From Pseudomonadota bacterium (lineage in GTDB: Bacteria; Pseudomonadota; Alphaproteobacteria; Sphingomonadales; Sphingomonadaceae), in assembly GCA_040388355.1 (NCBI GenBank), contig JAZKCD010000016.1:2137-66136 (forward strand): a stretch of 64,000 nt of DNA. The letters run 5' to 3'. A model generated the notes under the pieces. That model saw nothing but the letters and a program-made list of their open reading frames with translations. It made no database searches and was not told the origin of the DNA. Positions 51,784 to 61,700 of this stretch are shown piece by piece; the first letter of the stretch is position 1, and every line of letters starts with the position of its first letter. The translations under genes were made by a program, and so were the position numbers.

Positions 51784-53924
51784 CAGAAGGCCTGCCCGAT
51801 CGAGACATAGAGCGACACGCGCGATTCGCCCGCCTTGCGGTTGAGCGGCGTCGCCACGTCGATCCGCACCGGCCCGAAATTGGTGTAGAAGCGCCCGCCG
51901 ACGCCGAGGCCGATGCGGATGTTCTTCATCGTCGGGTAGATCTCGTCATAGACCTGTCCCGCATCGACGAACGGCACGACTCCGTAATTGCCGAAGCGGT
52001 AGCGCGCCTCGATTGCGAACTCGGCAAGGCTGCGCCCGCCGACCGGCTTGCCGTCGGGCGAGCGCGGCCCGAGCTCCTGATAGCCGAAGCCGCGCACCGA
52101 TCCGCCGCCGCCGCCATAATAGCGCCGCGAGGGCGGCAGGTCGTCGCGGTCGGTGCCCATGATCGACCCCACCCGTGCGCGACCGGCGATGACGATGCTC
52201 TGCCCGACCGGATAGTAGGCGGTGCCCTCGATCATCGTCCGCGCATAGGGCCGGATGCCGCTGTTGACCGATGCCTCGGGGCTGGCATTGGCCTTGATCC
52301 GGAAGCCGCGGGTCGGGTTGAGCAGATTGTCCGAAGTGTCGAAGCCGAGGAAGGTGGGCAGCGCCGCGATCAGATAAGTCCCCCGGTCGCGCCCGCCCGC
52401 CGCGAAATTGTAGCGGTCCTCGTTGGTGCCGACCAGCTCGACGCCGTAATAATAGGTCCAGCGCTTCTGCCAGATCGGCGTCGAATCGTACGAGACCCGC
52501 GCCGAAATCGCGCTCGTGAAGCTCTCATACGCCTTGTAGTCGGTATGGTTGGCGCCGATCCCGAACGACAGCGTCCGGTCGCGCTGGCGCCAGTTCGAGC
52601 GGCGGAAGGTCGCGGTCGCACCCTGCTCCTGCGTGCCCAATACCCCGGTCAGGATCAGCGCGCCCTCGGGCGGGAACAGGTTGCGGTGAGTCCAGCTCGC
52701 CTCGACCTTCGCGCCCTCGCCGGTGCTGTAGCCCAGCGTTCCCGCGATCGTCCGCGGCCGCCCGGCCTGCTGGCGCACCAGCATGTTGACATATTCGGTG
52801 CCGTCGGGCGCCATCTCGCCGGTCCGCACCGGCTCGACCGACACCGTCGAGAACAGGCTGGTCGCGACCAGCGCGTCGCGCAGATCATCGACGTCACGGC
52901 TGTCGTACAGTTCGCCGCGCTCGAACCGCGCCAGCACCGCGATATGGTCGACGCCGAACGCCTGGCGCTTCCCCTCGGTGACGAACCCGCCGAAGCTGGC
53001 GCGCGGGCCGACCTCGACCGGCAGCGTATAGTCGCCGGTGTGCGCCTCCTCGTCGAGCAGGATGTCGCGCTGGCCGACCTTGGCGAAGGGATAGCCCATC
53101 TGCGGCAGCTTCAGGCTGACATTGGCCTCGGCGCCCTGCACCCGCTCGGCCTCGATCGGGTCGCCCGGCTTGAGCGGCAGCTCGCGGTCGATCATCCCGG
53201 CGGGTACGGTAGGATCGGCGACCACGGTGACCGATCCGAGCGTGTAGACCGCTCCGGGAGTCGCGGTGACCGTCGCCAGCAGCTTGCCCGAATTGGCCGG
53301 GTTCTGCTCGAGCGTCGAGATCGCCGTCCCGTCATAATAGCCGAGCGACTGCATCAGCCGCACCGCGAGCTTCTCGTCCTCGCTCGCGCGCGCCGAGACC
53401 ATCGCCGAATTGGCCGCCTTGCCCTTGCCCCGGCGCAGCGCCGAGAGGTCGCGGAAGCGGCCGTCGAGCCCGATCGCGTCGAGCCCCTCGACGACGGTGG
53501 TGTAGAACAGCACCACCGTCTTGCCGTCCTTGACCCCGGCAATCTCGGCGGGCGGCGCCAGCTCGAACGACGAGAGCGGCGGCAGCGCCTCGGCGAATTC
53601 GGGTTCCTCGGGCTTGATCGCCTCGAGCTTGCCCTCGAGCCCCGCCGCGAAGGCCAGCGCCGCGGCGGAATCCTTGGCCGGCTCGGCGCCGATCGGGGCG
53701 AGCGGCGCGTCGATATCGTCGCCGATCGGCGGCACCGCGGCCTCGAACTCGGCATCGGGGACGATGACTTCGTCCTGCGCCGCGACCGGCGGCGTCTCCG
53801 GCGCGTCGACCGGCGCCCCCTGCCCCGGCGCGCCGGGCTGGGCGATCTGCGCGCACGCGATTCCTGGCAGGAAAGCAGTCCCCACCAGCGCCGCGACCCA
53901 CACCGCTGTCGATTTCACCCGCAC
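51783..53924 (-). CDS. tamA: Omp85 family translocation and assembly module TamA
   Basis: POTRA domains, YYGGGGGSVRGFGYQ, GPVRIDVA, YVSIGQAF; GTG start after ggagga. Confidence 0.92.
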   Translation of the reverse strand: MRVKSTAVWVAALVGTAFLPGIACAQIAQPGAPGQGAPVDAPETPPVAAQDEVIVPDAEFEAAVPPIGDDIDAPLAPIGAEPAKDSAAALAFAAGLEGKLEAIKPEEPEFAEALPPLSSFELAPPAEIAGVKDGKTVVLFYTTVVEGLDAIGLDGRFRDLSALRRGKGKAANSAMVSARASEDEKLAVRLMQSLGYYDGTAISTLEQNPANSGKLLATVTATPGAVYTLGSVTVVADPTVPAGMIDRELPLKPGDPIEAERVQGAEANVSLKLPQMGYPFAKVGQRDILLDEEAHTGDYTLPVEVGPRASFGGFVTEGKRQAFGVDHIAVLARFERGELYDSRDVDDLRDALVATSLFSTVSVEPVRTGEMAPDGTEYVNMLVRQQAGRPRTIAGTLGYSTGEGAKVEASWTHRNLFPPEGALILTGVLGTQEQGATATFRRSNWRQRDRTLSFGIGANHTDYKAYESFTSAISARVSYDSTPIWQKRWTYYYGVELVGTNEDRYNFAAGGRDRGTYLIAALPTFLGFDTSDNLLNPTRGFRIKANASPEASVNSGIRPYARTMIEGTAYYPVGQSIVIAGRARVGSIMGTDRDDLPPSRRYYGGGGGSVRGFGYQELGPRSPDGKPVGGRSLAEFAIEARYRFGNYGVVPFVDAGQVYDEIYPTMKNIRIGLGVGGRFYTNFGPVRIDVATPLNRKAGESRVSLYVSIGQAF

Positions 53925-54020
53925 GCGTCTCCTCCGGGAGCCGCGATTATAGCGATCTTCCCGCCTGCGTAACGATCTAGTCGGGCTTTGGCTCCCGGCG
54001 CGACAAAATTCCAAGGATTC

Positions 54021-56108
54021 TCAATGATTAGAATGCTTCACCTCGGCCCGGAAACGGTGAAGCAGCGGCTCGGTATAGCCGTTGGGCTGGTCGAGCCCCT
54101 CGAACACCAGCGCCCGCGCCGCCTGGAAGGCGAGGCTGGTGTCCTCGTTCCCCGCCATCGGCCGGTACACCGGATCGCCCGCATTCTGCGCATCGACCTT
54201 CGCCGCCATCCGCCGAAGCGCCGCCTCGACATCGGCCGCGCTGGCGACGCCTTGGAGCATCCAGTTGGCCATGTGCTGCGACGAGATGCGCAAAGTCGCG
54301 CGGTCCTCCATCAGCCCGACGTCGTGGATATCGGGCACCTTCGAGCAGCCGACGCCCTGATCGACCCAGCGCACGACATAGCCGAGAATCCCCTGGGCGT
54401 TGTTGTCGAGCTCCCGCGCGACTTCCTCGGCGCTCCAGTTGCGCCCCTTGGCCACCGGCACGGTCAGCAGCGGCACCAGCCCCGGCACCGCCTCGCCGGC
54501 GATCTCGCGCTGGCGGGCGAAGACGTCGACCTGGTGATAATGCAGCGCGTGCAAAGTCGCCGCGGTCGGGCTCGGCACCCAGGCGGTGTTCGCGCCCGAC
54601 CTCGGATGCCCGATCTTCTGTGCGAGCATGTCGCCCATCCGGTCGGGCGCGGCCCACATTCCCTTGCCGATCTGCGCCTTGCCCGAAAGCCCGCACGCCA
54701 GCCCGATCCGCACGTTGCGGTCCTCATACGCGCCGATCCACGCCGAGGCCTTCATCTCGCCCTTGGGCACCATCGGCCCCGCGCGCATCGACGTATGGAT
54801 CTCGTCGCCGGTACGGTCGAGGAAGCCGGTGTTGATGAAGGCGATCCGGTCCTTCACGGCGTGGATGCACGCCGCGAGATTGGCCGAGGTGCGCCGCTCC
54901 TCGTCCATCACCCCGACCTTGATGCTGTGCCGCGCCACCCCGAGCAAATCCTCGACCGCGTCGAACAGCCGGTCGGTGAAGCCGCATTCCTCGGGCCCGT
55001 GCATCTTCGGCTTGACGATGTAGAACGACCCCGCCCGGCTGTTGCGATGGCTGCCAAGCCCGCGCAAATCGTACAGCGCGATCAGCCCGGTCATGATCGC
55101 GTCAAGAATGCCCTCGGGCGCCTCTTGCCCGTCGGCGAGCAGCACCGCCGGGTTGGTCATCAGATGCCCGACATTGCGCACGAACAGCAACGACCGCCCC
55201 GCCAGCGTCACTTCGCCCCCGCCCGGCATATCGTAGACCCGGTCCGCGTTCAGCCGCCGCGTCATCGTCGCGCCGCCCTTGGCGAAGCTTTCCTCGAGAT
55301 CGCCGCGCATCAGCCCCAGCCAATTGGCATAGGCCGCGACCTTGTCCTCGGCATCGACCGCCGCGACCGAATCCTCGAGATCGACGATCGTCGACAGCGC
55401 CGCCTCGAGCAGCACATCGGCGATCCCCGCCCGATCGCCGGCCCCGATCGGATGCTCACGGTCGATCGTCACTTCGATGTGCAAGCCATTGTGCCGAAAC
55501 AGCATCGACTCGCCGCGGCTGCCGACGAACTGCCCCGGATCGGCCAGCGGCAAGTTCCCCGACACGAAATCCGCCCAGCGCATGCCGGTGAGCGGCACCG
55601 CCTCGTCGAGAAACGCCTTGGCAAAGCCGATCACCTGCGCCCCGCGCCCGGCATCGTACCCGCCGGGCTTCGCCGAACCCGGCAGCGCGTCGGTCCCGTA
55701 CAGCGCGTCGTACAGGCTCCCCCAGCGCGCATTCGCCGCGTTGAGCACGAAACGCGCGTTGAGCACCGGCACCACCAGCTGCGGCCCCGCCATCCGCGCG
55801 ACTTCGTCGTCGACACCGGCCGTGCCGATCGAGAACGCCGCCGGCTCGGGCACCAGATAGCCGATCCCGCGAAGGAACGCCGCGTCGGCCGCCTCGCCCG
55901 CCTCCAGCCGCGCATCGATCGCCGCCTGCAACGCATCGCGCTTCGCCAGCAGCGCCCGGTTCTCCGGCGCGAACCGCGCGAACACCGCCGCCGCGCCCTG
56001 CCAGAAGGCAGCGGCGTCGAAATCCAGCCCCGGCAGCACCCGTTCCTCGACAAAGCGCGCGAGCGGCTCGGCGACCTTCAGTCCGGCGCGATCGGTATAG
56101 GCAGACAT
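54021..56108 (-). CDS. glcB: Malate synthase G
   Basis: [56 protein letters not shown]. Confidence 0.97.
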   Translation of the reverse strand: MSAYTDRAGLKVAEPLARFVEERVLPGLDFDAAAFWQGAAAVFARFAPENRALLAKRDALQAAIDARLEAGEAADAAFLRGIGYLVPEPAAFSIGTAGVDDEVARMAGPQLVVPVLNARFVLNAANARWGSLYDALYGTDALPGSAKPGGYDAGRGAQVIGFAKAFLDEAVPLTGMRWADFVSGNLPLADPGQFVGSRGESMLFRHNGLHIEVTIDREHPIGAGDRAGIADVLLEAALSTIVDLEDSVAAVDAEDKVAAYANWLGLMRGDLEESFAKGGATMTRRLNADRVYDMPGGGEVTLAGRSLLFVRNVGHLMTNPAVLLADGQEAPEGILDAIMTGLIALYDLRGLGSHRNSRAGSFYIVKPKMHGPEECGFTDRLFDAVEDLLGVARHSIKVGVMDEERRTSANLAACIHAVKDRIAFINTGFLDRTGDEIHTSMRAGPMVPKGEMKASAWIGAYEDRNVRIGLACGLSGKAQIGKGMWAAPDRMGDMLAQKIGHPRSGANTAWVPSPTAATLHALHYHQVDVFARQREIAGEAVPGLVPLLTVPVAKGRNWSAEEVARELDNNAQGILGYVVRWVDQGVGCSKVPDIHDVGLMEDRATLRISSQHMANWMLQGVASAADVEAALRRMAAKVDAQNAGDPVYRPMAGNEDTSLAFQAARALVFEGLDQPNGYTEPLLHRFRAEVKHSNH

Positions 56109-56195
56109 GGAACCTCCTTGGGAAGCAGTTCAGCAGCGGCCTGGGGAGGGCGAACCCGCGCTTAGGCGAGGACCGCCTAGGCGATCAAGCCACTA

Positions 56196-56321
56196 ACTCC
56201 TTCTCCCCTTGTGGGAGAAGGAAGGGGCCCAAGCCGCAGGCTTGGGAAGGATGAGGGGGAGTCGGGTCTCACTTCCGCTGACTTCGTCAGCTCCCTCCCT
56301 CTCCCACAGGGGGAGAGGGAC
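56196..56321. repeat. Family B composite palindromic element
   Basis: tccttctccccttgtgggagaagga, cccaagccgcaggcttggg, ccctctcccacagggggagaggga; related to 3875-4011. Confidence 0.85.
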
Positions 56322-56760
56322 CCAACGCGCCCGCCGCCGCCTCCAGCCGCGCGAGCATCGCCCGGAACGCCTCGATCTCCTCGGGGGCGATACCCTCGAA
56401 CACCCGCCGTTCGAGCTCCAATGCCTTGGGCGCGACTTGCTCGTAGAGCGCCCAGCCCTCGGGGGTCAGCGTCAGCAGGTGCGAGCGCTGGTCCTCGGGA
56501 TTGGGCGCGCGCGCCACCAGTCGGCGGTCGGCCAGCGCGATCGCGGCACGGCTGACGGTGACCTTGTCCATCCGCGTCCGCCCGCACAAGGCCTGCTGGC
56601 TGAGCGCCCCGTCCTCGGCGAGCACCGCCACCAGCCGCCACTCGGGAATGCGCAGCCCGAACAGCGTGCGATACGCCGTCGCCACCGCGTCCGACACCGC
56701 GTTGGACGCGATCGACAGCCGGTAGGGCAGGAACTTGTCGAGCTTGAGCGTGGTCGGCAT
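56287..56760 (-). CDS. MarR family transcriptional regulator
   Basis: LDKFLPYRLS, EWRLVAVL, MDKVTVSRA, EDQRSHLLTLT. Confidence 0.92.
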   Translation of the reverse strand: MPTTLKLDKFLPYRLSIASNAVSDAVATAYRTLFGLRIPEWRLVAVLAEDGALSQQALCGRTRMDKVTVSRAAIALADRRLVARAPNPEDQRSHLLTLTPEGWALYEQVAPKALELERRVFEGIAPEEIEAFRAMLARLEAAAGALGPSPPVGEGGS

Positions 56761-56884
56761 GCCCCGATGGTGGCCCACCCGTGCGCCTCGCGCAAAAAAT
56801 ATTTCCTTTGCTGTCGAATCCCCACGCCTTGGCGCGTCTCCGAGGTACGATCGCGCTTCGGCGGTCGCCACGGAAGGAAGCCCC

Positions 56885-57223
56885 ATGCAGTACATGATCC
56901 TGATCTACGAGGATGAGCGCCAGTTCGAGGACAAGGCGGTGCTCGACGGCATTTCCGAGAAGCATATGGCGCTCGCCGGCTCGCTCGGCGCCGCGCTCAA
57001 GAGCGGCAACGGCCTCACCCTCACCAGCACCGCCACCACCGTCCGCACCGCCGCCGATGGCGGCCAGTCGATCCATGACGGCCCCTTCGCCGAGACCCGC
57101 GAGCAGCTCGGCGGCTATTATCTGGTCGACGTTCCCGATCTCGACGCCGCGCTGGCGATCGCCAGGCGGGTGCCGCTGCGCGGCGCCGGCGCCATCGAAG
57201 TGCGGCCCGTGATGTATCAGTGA
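56885..57223 (+). CDS. YciI/DGPF domain protein
   Basis: HDGPFAETREQLGGYYLV, IEVRP. Confidence 0.92.
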   Translation: MQYMILIYEDERQFEDKAVLDGISEKHMALAGSLGAALKSGNGLTLTSTATTVRTAADGGQSIHDGPFAETREQLGGYYLVDVPDLDAALAIARRVPLRGAGAIEVRPVMYQ

Positions 57224-58440
57224 CGCTGGCCCGGGCGGCCCGCGCGCATGGCGGGCGCGTCATCGCCGCGCTCGCCGCGCGCTTCCGCGATCTCGACCTC
57301 GCCGAGGAGAGCTTCGCGGAAGCCTGCGCGCGGGCGGCGGCGGCGTGGGACGACGCGCCGCCGCGCGACCCCGCCGCCTGGCTGTTCCGCGTCGCCGAGC
57401 GGGCCGCGCTCGATTCGCTGCGCCGCGCCGGGGTCCGTGCCGCCGCCGACCTGCCGCCACCCGAACCCGAGCCCAATGCCGAGGAACGGCTGATGGCCGA
57501 CACGCTGATCATCCCCGACGAAAGGCTGCGGCTGATCTTCGTCTGCTGCCACCCGGCGATCGCTTCGGACGCGCGCGCGGCGCTGACGCTCAGGCTGGTC
57601 TGCGGCCTCACCACCGCCGAGATCGCCGCCGCGTTCCTCGTCGCCGAGACCACGCTCGCCCAGCGCCTCGTCCGCGCCAAGCGCAAGATCGCGGCGGCGG
57701 GGATACCGTTCGAGGTCCCCGGCCCCGATCTCTGGCCCGAACGGCTCGAATCGGTGCTCACCACGCTCGATGTCGCCTATGCCAGCGCGCATGCCGATGG
57801 CGCCGGCACCGGCCGCCATGCCGGCTATGCCGCCGAGATGCTCGGCATCACCGCGACACTGGCGGCCTTGCTCCCCGACGAGCCCGACATCCTCGCGCTC
57901 GCCGCGACGACTCGCTTCGCCGAGGCCCGCCGCCCCGCGCGCACCGCTGGCGGCATGATGGTCCCGCTCGCCGAGCAGGACCCGGCGCTGTGGAGCGCGG
58001 GCCTCCTCGCCGAAGGCCGCGCCTTCCTTGCCCGGACGCTGGCGACGCGGATCAGGACGCCGCGCACGCTGCAGGCGCTGATCCACGGCGAATGGTGCGC
58101 CCGCGCCACCCTCGCCGAGCCGCCCCCCTGGCCCGCGATCCTCACGCTCTACGATGCGCTGCTCGCCCTGCGCGACGACTCGATCGTCCGCCTCAACCGC
58201 GCGGTCGCGCTCGCCGAAGTCGAAGGTCCGGCCGCCGCGCTCGAGGAAGTCGATGCGCTCGACGCCCCCGCGCTCGCCGCTTTCCTCCCCTATCACGCGG
58301 TCCGCGCAGACCTGCTGGCCCGGCTGAACCTCCCCGCCGCCGCCCGCCAGGCCTATGACGCCGCGCTCGCGCTCCAGCCCGAACAGGCCGAGCGCCACTG
58401 GCTGGAAGCCCGCCGCGCGGCACTTGCGCTCGACGAATGA
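57220..58440 (+). CDS. ECF sigma factor with C-terminal TPR extension (ECF42-type)
   Basis: DLDLAEE, PRDPAAWL, DERLRLIFVCCHPA, RLVRAKRKI, LNRAVA; coupled to YciI by a GTGA overlap. Confidence 0.9.
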   Translation: MTLARAARAHGGRVIAALAARFRDLDLAEESFAEACARAAAAWDDAPPRDPAAWLFRVAERAALDSLRRAGVRAAADLPPPEPEPNAEERLMADTLIIPDERLRLIFVCCHPAIASDARAALTLRLVCGLTTAEIAAAFLVAETTLAQRLVRAKRKIAAAGIPFEVPGPDLWPERLESVLTTLDVAYASAHADGAGTGRHAGYAAEMLGITATLAALLPDEPDILALAATTRFAEARRPARTAGGMMVPLAEQDPALWSAGLLAEGRAFLARTLATRIRTPRTLQALIHGEWCARATLAEPPPWPAILTLYDALLALRDDSIVRLNRAVALAEVEGPAAALEEVDALDAPALAAFLPYHAVRADLLARLNLPAAARQAYDAALALQPEQAERHWLEARRAALALDE

Positions 58441-58504
58441 CGATTGCAATTTCTGCAATGACAACGGTATCATTTCGCACTTGCAGCAAAGTGTGCTGCG
58501 GTGC

Positions 58505-58577
58505 ACATAGGGGGTGCCTTTCAGGCATCCTCTCCTAAACCTTTCAAAGGCCGCCCTTCGGGGCGGCCCTTTTTTTC
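58505..58577 (+). ncRNA. Candidate suhB/alpha-r8 (MmgR/GsrN-like) small RNA
   Basis: Hairpin ggggtgcc-tttca-ggcatcc, then ctctcctaaacc, then a terminator; TGC-rich upstream region. Confidence 0.5.
58548..58577 (+). terminator. Rho-independent terminator
   Basis: aggccgccc-ttcg-gggcggccc-ttttttt. Confidence 0.9.
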
Positions 58578-58675
58578 GTCCTCCCCCGTTGCGTAACCGG
58601 GAGGACGCGCGCGGGAGCGCCGGGCCGGACCCCCTCCCCCTTCAGGTCCCCCGGCGCTCCTGCTTGCGCCGCGCG

Positions 58676-59191
58676 TCAGTGGCTCTGCTGCCACTCCAGG
58701 CATTTGCGCATTGTCTTTTCCAGATTGCGCATCGAATTGCTGACGTCGCCAAAGATCTTCTGACCCTTGACATAGGAATGCATCACCATGCTGTCGCGGA
58801 ACACGGAGAGCGCGTTGCCCTGCAACGAAATGACATAGGCATCCCAGTCCTTGAAGCGTTCGACCTCCGCATCATAATCGAACAGTCCGCCGTCGTTGAA
58901 CGACATCTGCACGGTCCGGGGCCGCGCGGATTCGATGGCGCCGAAGATCATCGCGAGCCGCGATCCCGGAGACTGGCGAAAGCCCCAGAATCGAAAGGGC
59001 TCGAGGCCGGGGGTCTGGGAGAGCGACAGGCATTGGTTCCCGGGCAAGGCCCAGACACGCCATTCGTTCACGCTCCACCGCTTCGAGAAGACGGCGGGCT
59101 CGATGCCGGAAAAGACCTTCTGCGCGTGGGCCGGGGCGGCGGCCCAAATTCCGATCGAGGCGAAAATCACGAGGCTGACGATACGGCGCAT
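58676..59191 (-). CDS. Secreted hypothetical protein, AT-richer than the host backbone
   Basis: Signal peptide MRRIVSLVIFASIGIWAAAPAHA; two Cys; ggag RBS. Confidence 0.7.
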   Translation of the reverse strand: MRRIVSLVIFASIGIWAAAPAHAQKVFSGIEPAVFSKRWSVNEWRVWALPGNQCLSLSQTPGLEPFRFWGFRQSPGSRLAMIFGAIESARPRTVQMSFNDGGLFDYDAEVERFKDWDAYVISLQGNALSVFRDSMVMHSYVKGQKIFGDVSNSMRNLEKTMRKCLEWQQSH

Positions 59192-59283
59192 TGCTGGCTT
59201 GCTCCAAACTTCCTTGTGAAATCGGAGTGGCGATCACGCCTGATGGGTCACACCCCCACTTGGGTGTGCCGCAAGGCCGCAGC

Positions 59284-60690
59284 CTATTTCATCTGCCGTG
59301 CAATCGCCGCGCGCGTCGCCTTGCCATAGGGCGGCTTGAGCCCCGCCAGCCTGGCAACATCGATCTTCGGCTGGCGATAGATGGCGCGGGCATGGCTGAA
59401 GGTCCTGAACCCGACCTCGCCGTGATAGGCCCCCATCCCCGACGGGCCGATCCCGCCGAACGGCAGCTCCTCCTGGCTGACATGGAAGATCACATCGTCG
59501 ACGGTCGCGCCGCCCGAGATCGTCCGGTCGAGCACCTGGCGCCGCTCGCCGGCATCCTTGCCGAAATAATAGAGCGCCAGCGGACGGTCGCGGCGATTCA
59601 CTTCGGCGATCGCGCCTTCGATCGTCTCGTACGACCGCACCGGCAGGATCGGGCCGAATATCTCCTCCTGCATCACCGTCATGTCGTCGGTCGGGTTGCG
59701 GATGATGTGGAGCGGCATCTTGCGCGAATTGGTGTTCGCGAAGTCCTCGCCGCCCGGATTGACCGCGATCACCTCGGCGCCCCGCGCGCGCGCATCGTCG
59801 ATCCAGGTCGTCAGCCGCTGGAAATGCCGGTCGTTGATCACCGCGGTATAGTCGGGATTGGCGAGGACCGTCGGGTACATCGCCGACGCCGCCGCGGTCA
59901 GCCCGGCGATCACCTCGGCCTCCTTCTCGGCAGGCACGAGCATGTAATCGGGCGCGAGGCAGATCTGCCCGGCGTTCATCATCTTGCCGATCGCCACGCG
60001 CTCGGTCGCCTGCGCGATATCGGCCGATCGCCCGAGGATCACCGGCGATTTCCCGCCCAGCTCCAAAGTGACCGGGGTCAGGTTATCCGCCGCGGCGTGG
60101 AGGATGTGCCGCCCGATGCCGGTGGCGCCGGTGAACAGCAGGTGATCGAACGGCAGCTCGGCAAAGGCCTTGCCGACATCGGGCCCGCCGCCGAAGAATG
60201 CCAGCTCCTCCGCCGCGAAATAGCGCGGGACCAGATCCTCGAACAGCGCCGCCACCACGGGGGTGAACTCGCTGGTCTTGACCATCGCCCGGTTGCCCGC
60301 GGCGAACACCCCGGCCAGCGGGCTCATCACCAGGTTGACCGGGAAATTCCACGGCGCGATCACGCCGATCACGCCCTTGGGCTGGAACTCGACAATCCCC
60401 TTCGCCCCGAGCAGCCCGAGCGGAAAGGTCAGCGGCTTCTTCTCCGGCCTGGCCCAGCGCGCGAGATGCCGAATCGCGTGCTTGAGCGGCGCGACCGACG
60501 CGGCGATGTCGGTGATCATCGACTGCTCGCGGCTGCGGTGCCCGAAATCCTCGCTCAGCGCGTCGCAGAAGCGGTGCGCATGGTCCGCGACCATCGCCGC
60601 CGCGCGCTTGAGCCGGTCCCTGCGCACCTCGAGCGGCACCGGAAGCTCGGCCATGAACGCAGCGCGCTGGCGATCGAGAATATCACGCAT
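59284..60690 (-). CDS. Aldehyde dehydrogenase (coniferyl aldehyde dehydrogenase CalB-like)
   Basis: PWNFP, FTGAT, TLELGGKSP, NAGQIC, EEIFGP, LPFGGIGPSGMGAYHG. Confidence 0.92.
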   Translation of the reverse strand: MRDILDRQRAAFMAELPVPLEVRRDRLKRAAAMVADHAHRFCDALSEDFGHRSREQSMITDIAASVAPLKHAIRHLARWARPEKKPLTFPLGLLGAKGIVEFQPKGVIGVIAPWNFPVNLVMSPLAGVFAAGNRAMVKTSEFTPVVAALFEDLVPRYFAAEELAFFGGGPDVGKAFAELPFDHLLFTGATGIGRHILHAAADNLTPVTLELGGKSPVILGRSADIAQATERVAIGKMMNAGQICLAPDYMLVPAEKEAEVIAGLTAAASAMYPTVLANPDYTAVINDRHFQRLTTWIDDARARGAEVIAVNPGGEDFANTNSRKMPLHIIRNPTDDMTVMQEEIFGPILPVRSYETIEGAIAEVNRRDRPLALYYFGKDAGERRQVLDRTISGGATVDDVIFHVSQEELPFGGIGPSGMGAYHGEVGFRTFSHARAIYRQPKIDVARLAGLKPPYGKATRAAIARQMK

Positions 60691-61438
60691 AGATCCACAC
60701 CTTCCCCGTCATCCACGCCGCGAACGCCGCCGCCGCCAGCAATACGCCGAGCGGCAGGCGATCCTGCATCCCCATCCTGCGCCCGCCAAGCCGCATCGCC
60801 AGCACCGCCGCCAGCCCGATCACGCACGCGCCGAGCAGCACCATCGGCAGCGCCTTCCACCCGAGCCACAGCCCGATCGCGCCGAACAATTTGGGGTCGC
60901 CTCCGCCCAGCCCGTCCTTGCCGCGCAGCACGCGATACCCCGACGCCGCCACCATCAGCACCGCCCAGCCGCCGACGCCGCCGATCACGCGCTCGAGCAT
61001 GTCGGGCTCGAGGAACAATCCGGCGATCACGCCCGTCACTGCCAGCGCCCCGGTCAGCTCGTTGGGCAGCCAGAACGCCTTGAGGTCGAGCGCCGCCAGC
61101 GCCAGCAACAGCCAGCCGAACACCGCCCCCGTCGCGCCCTCGATGCCCGGCGCCGCCCATCCCGCGGCGACTCCGATCGCCAGCGCGAGCAGCTCGACCG
61201 CGACATGCACCGGCCGGATCGGCGCGCGGCAGCTCGCGCAGCGGCCGAGCAGCACGGCATAGCTCAGCACCGGCACCAGCTCGTACGCGCTCAGCGCGTC
61301 GCCGCACGAATCGCACGCCGATCGCCCGTCGGCGACCGATCGCCCGGCCGGCCAGCGCACCGCGATCACCGCGATGAAGCTGCCGAACACCAGCCCCAGC
61401 GTGCCCAGCAGCAGCGGCCAGACCCACGCTTCAACCAT
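60683..61438 (-). CDS. Prepilin peptidase (A24, PilD-like)
   Basis: GRSACDSC, GRCASC, ALDLKAFWLP, GLGGGDPKL. Confidence 0.92.
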   Translation of the reverse strand: MVEAWVWPLLLGTLGLVFGSFIAVIAVRWPAGRSVADGRSACDSCGDALSAYELVPVLSYAVLLGRCASCRAPIRPVHVAVELLALAIGVAAGWAAPGIEGATGAVFGWLLLALAALDLKAFWLPNELTGALAVTGVIAGLFLEPDMLERVIGGVGGWAVLMVAASGYRVLRGKDGLGGGDPKLFGAIGLWLGWKALPMVLLGACVIGLAAVLAMRLGGRRMGMQDRLPLGVLLAAAAFAAWMTGKVWIYA

Positions 61439-61685
61439 GGACGGGCTTCTTGCGGATCAGATAGCGATAGACGCCGAACACGTTGATCCCGAACAGGAAC
61501 AGATTCTGCGACCACAAGGCCTCGTCGCTCGACATCAGGGCGCCGGCGATCCAGCAGAGGCTCGAAGCGACGAACAGCGCGAAGCCCCAGCCGGTGACGC
61601 GCCGCCCGAGATCGAGCGAGACCATGAACGCCGCGATCACGCCGCTGATCGAGGCGGACCATTTGAGGATGTCGACAAGCTGCAT
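61431..61685 (-). CDS. Small multi-TM membrane protein
   Basis: Three hydrophobic segments; GWGFALF...SQNLFLFGINVFGVYRYL. Confidence 0.75.
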   Translation of the reverse strand: MQLVDILKWSASISGVIAAFMVSLDLGRRVTGWGFALFVASSLCWIAGALMSSDEALWSQNLFLFGINVFGVYRYLIRKKPVHG

Positions 61686-61700
61686 GCGTGTTCCATGCGG

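Noticed and set aside
47554-53924. tamAB as a novel secretion system
   Set aside because: Standard, well-described TAM operon.
57220-58440. ECF sigma factor plus YciI as a novel system
   Set aside because: Matches the already described ECF42-DGPF arrangement.
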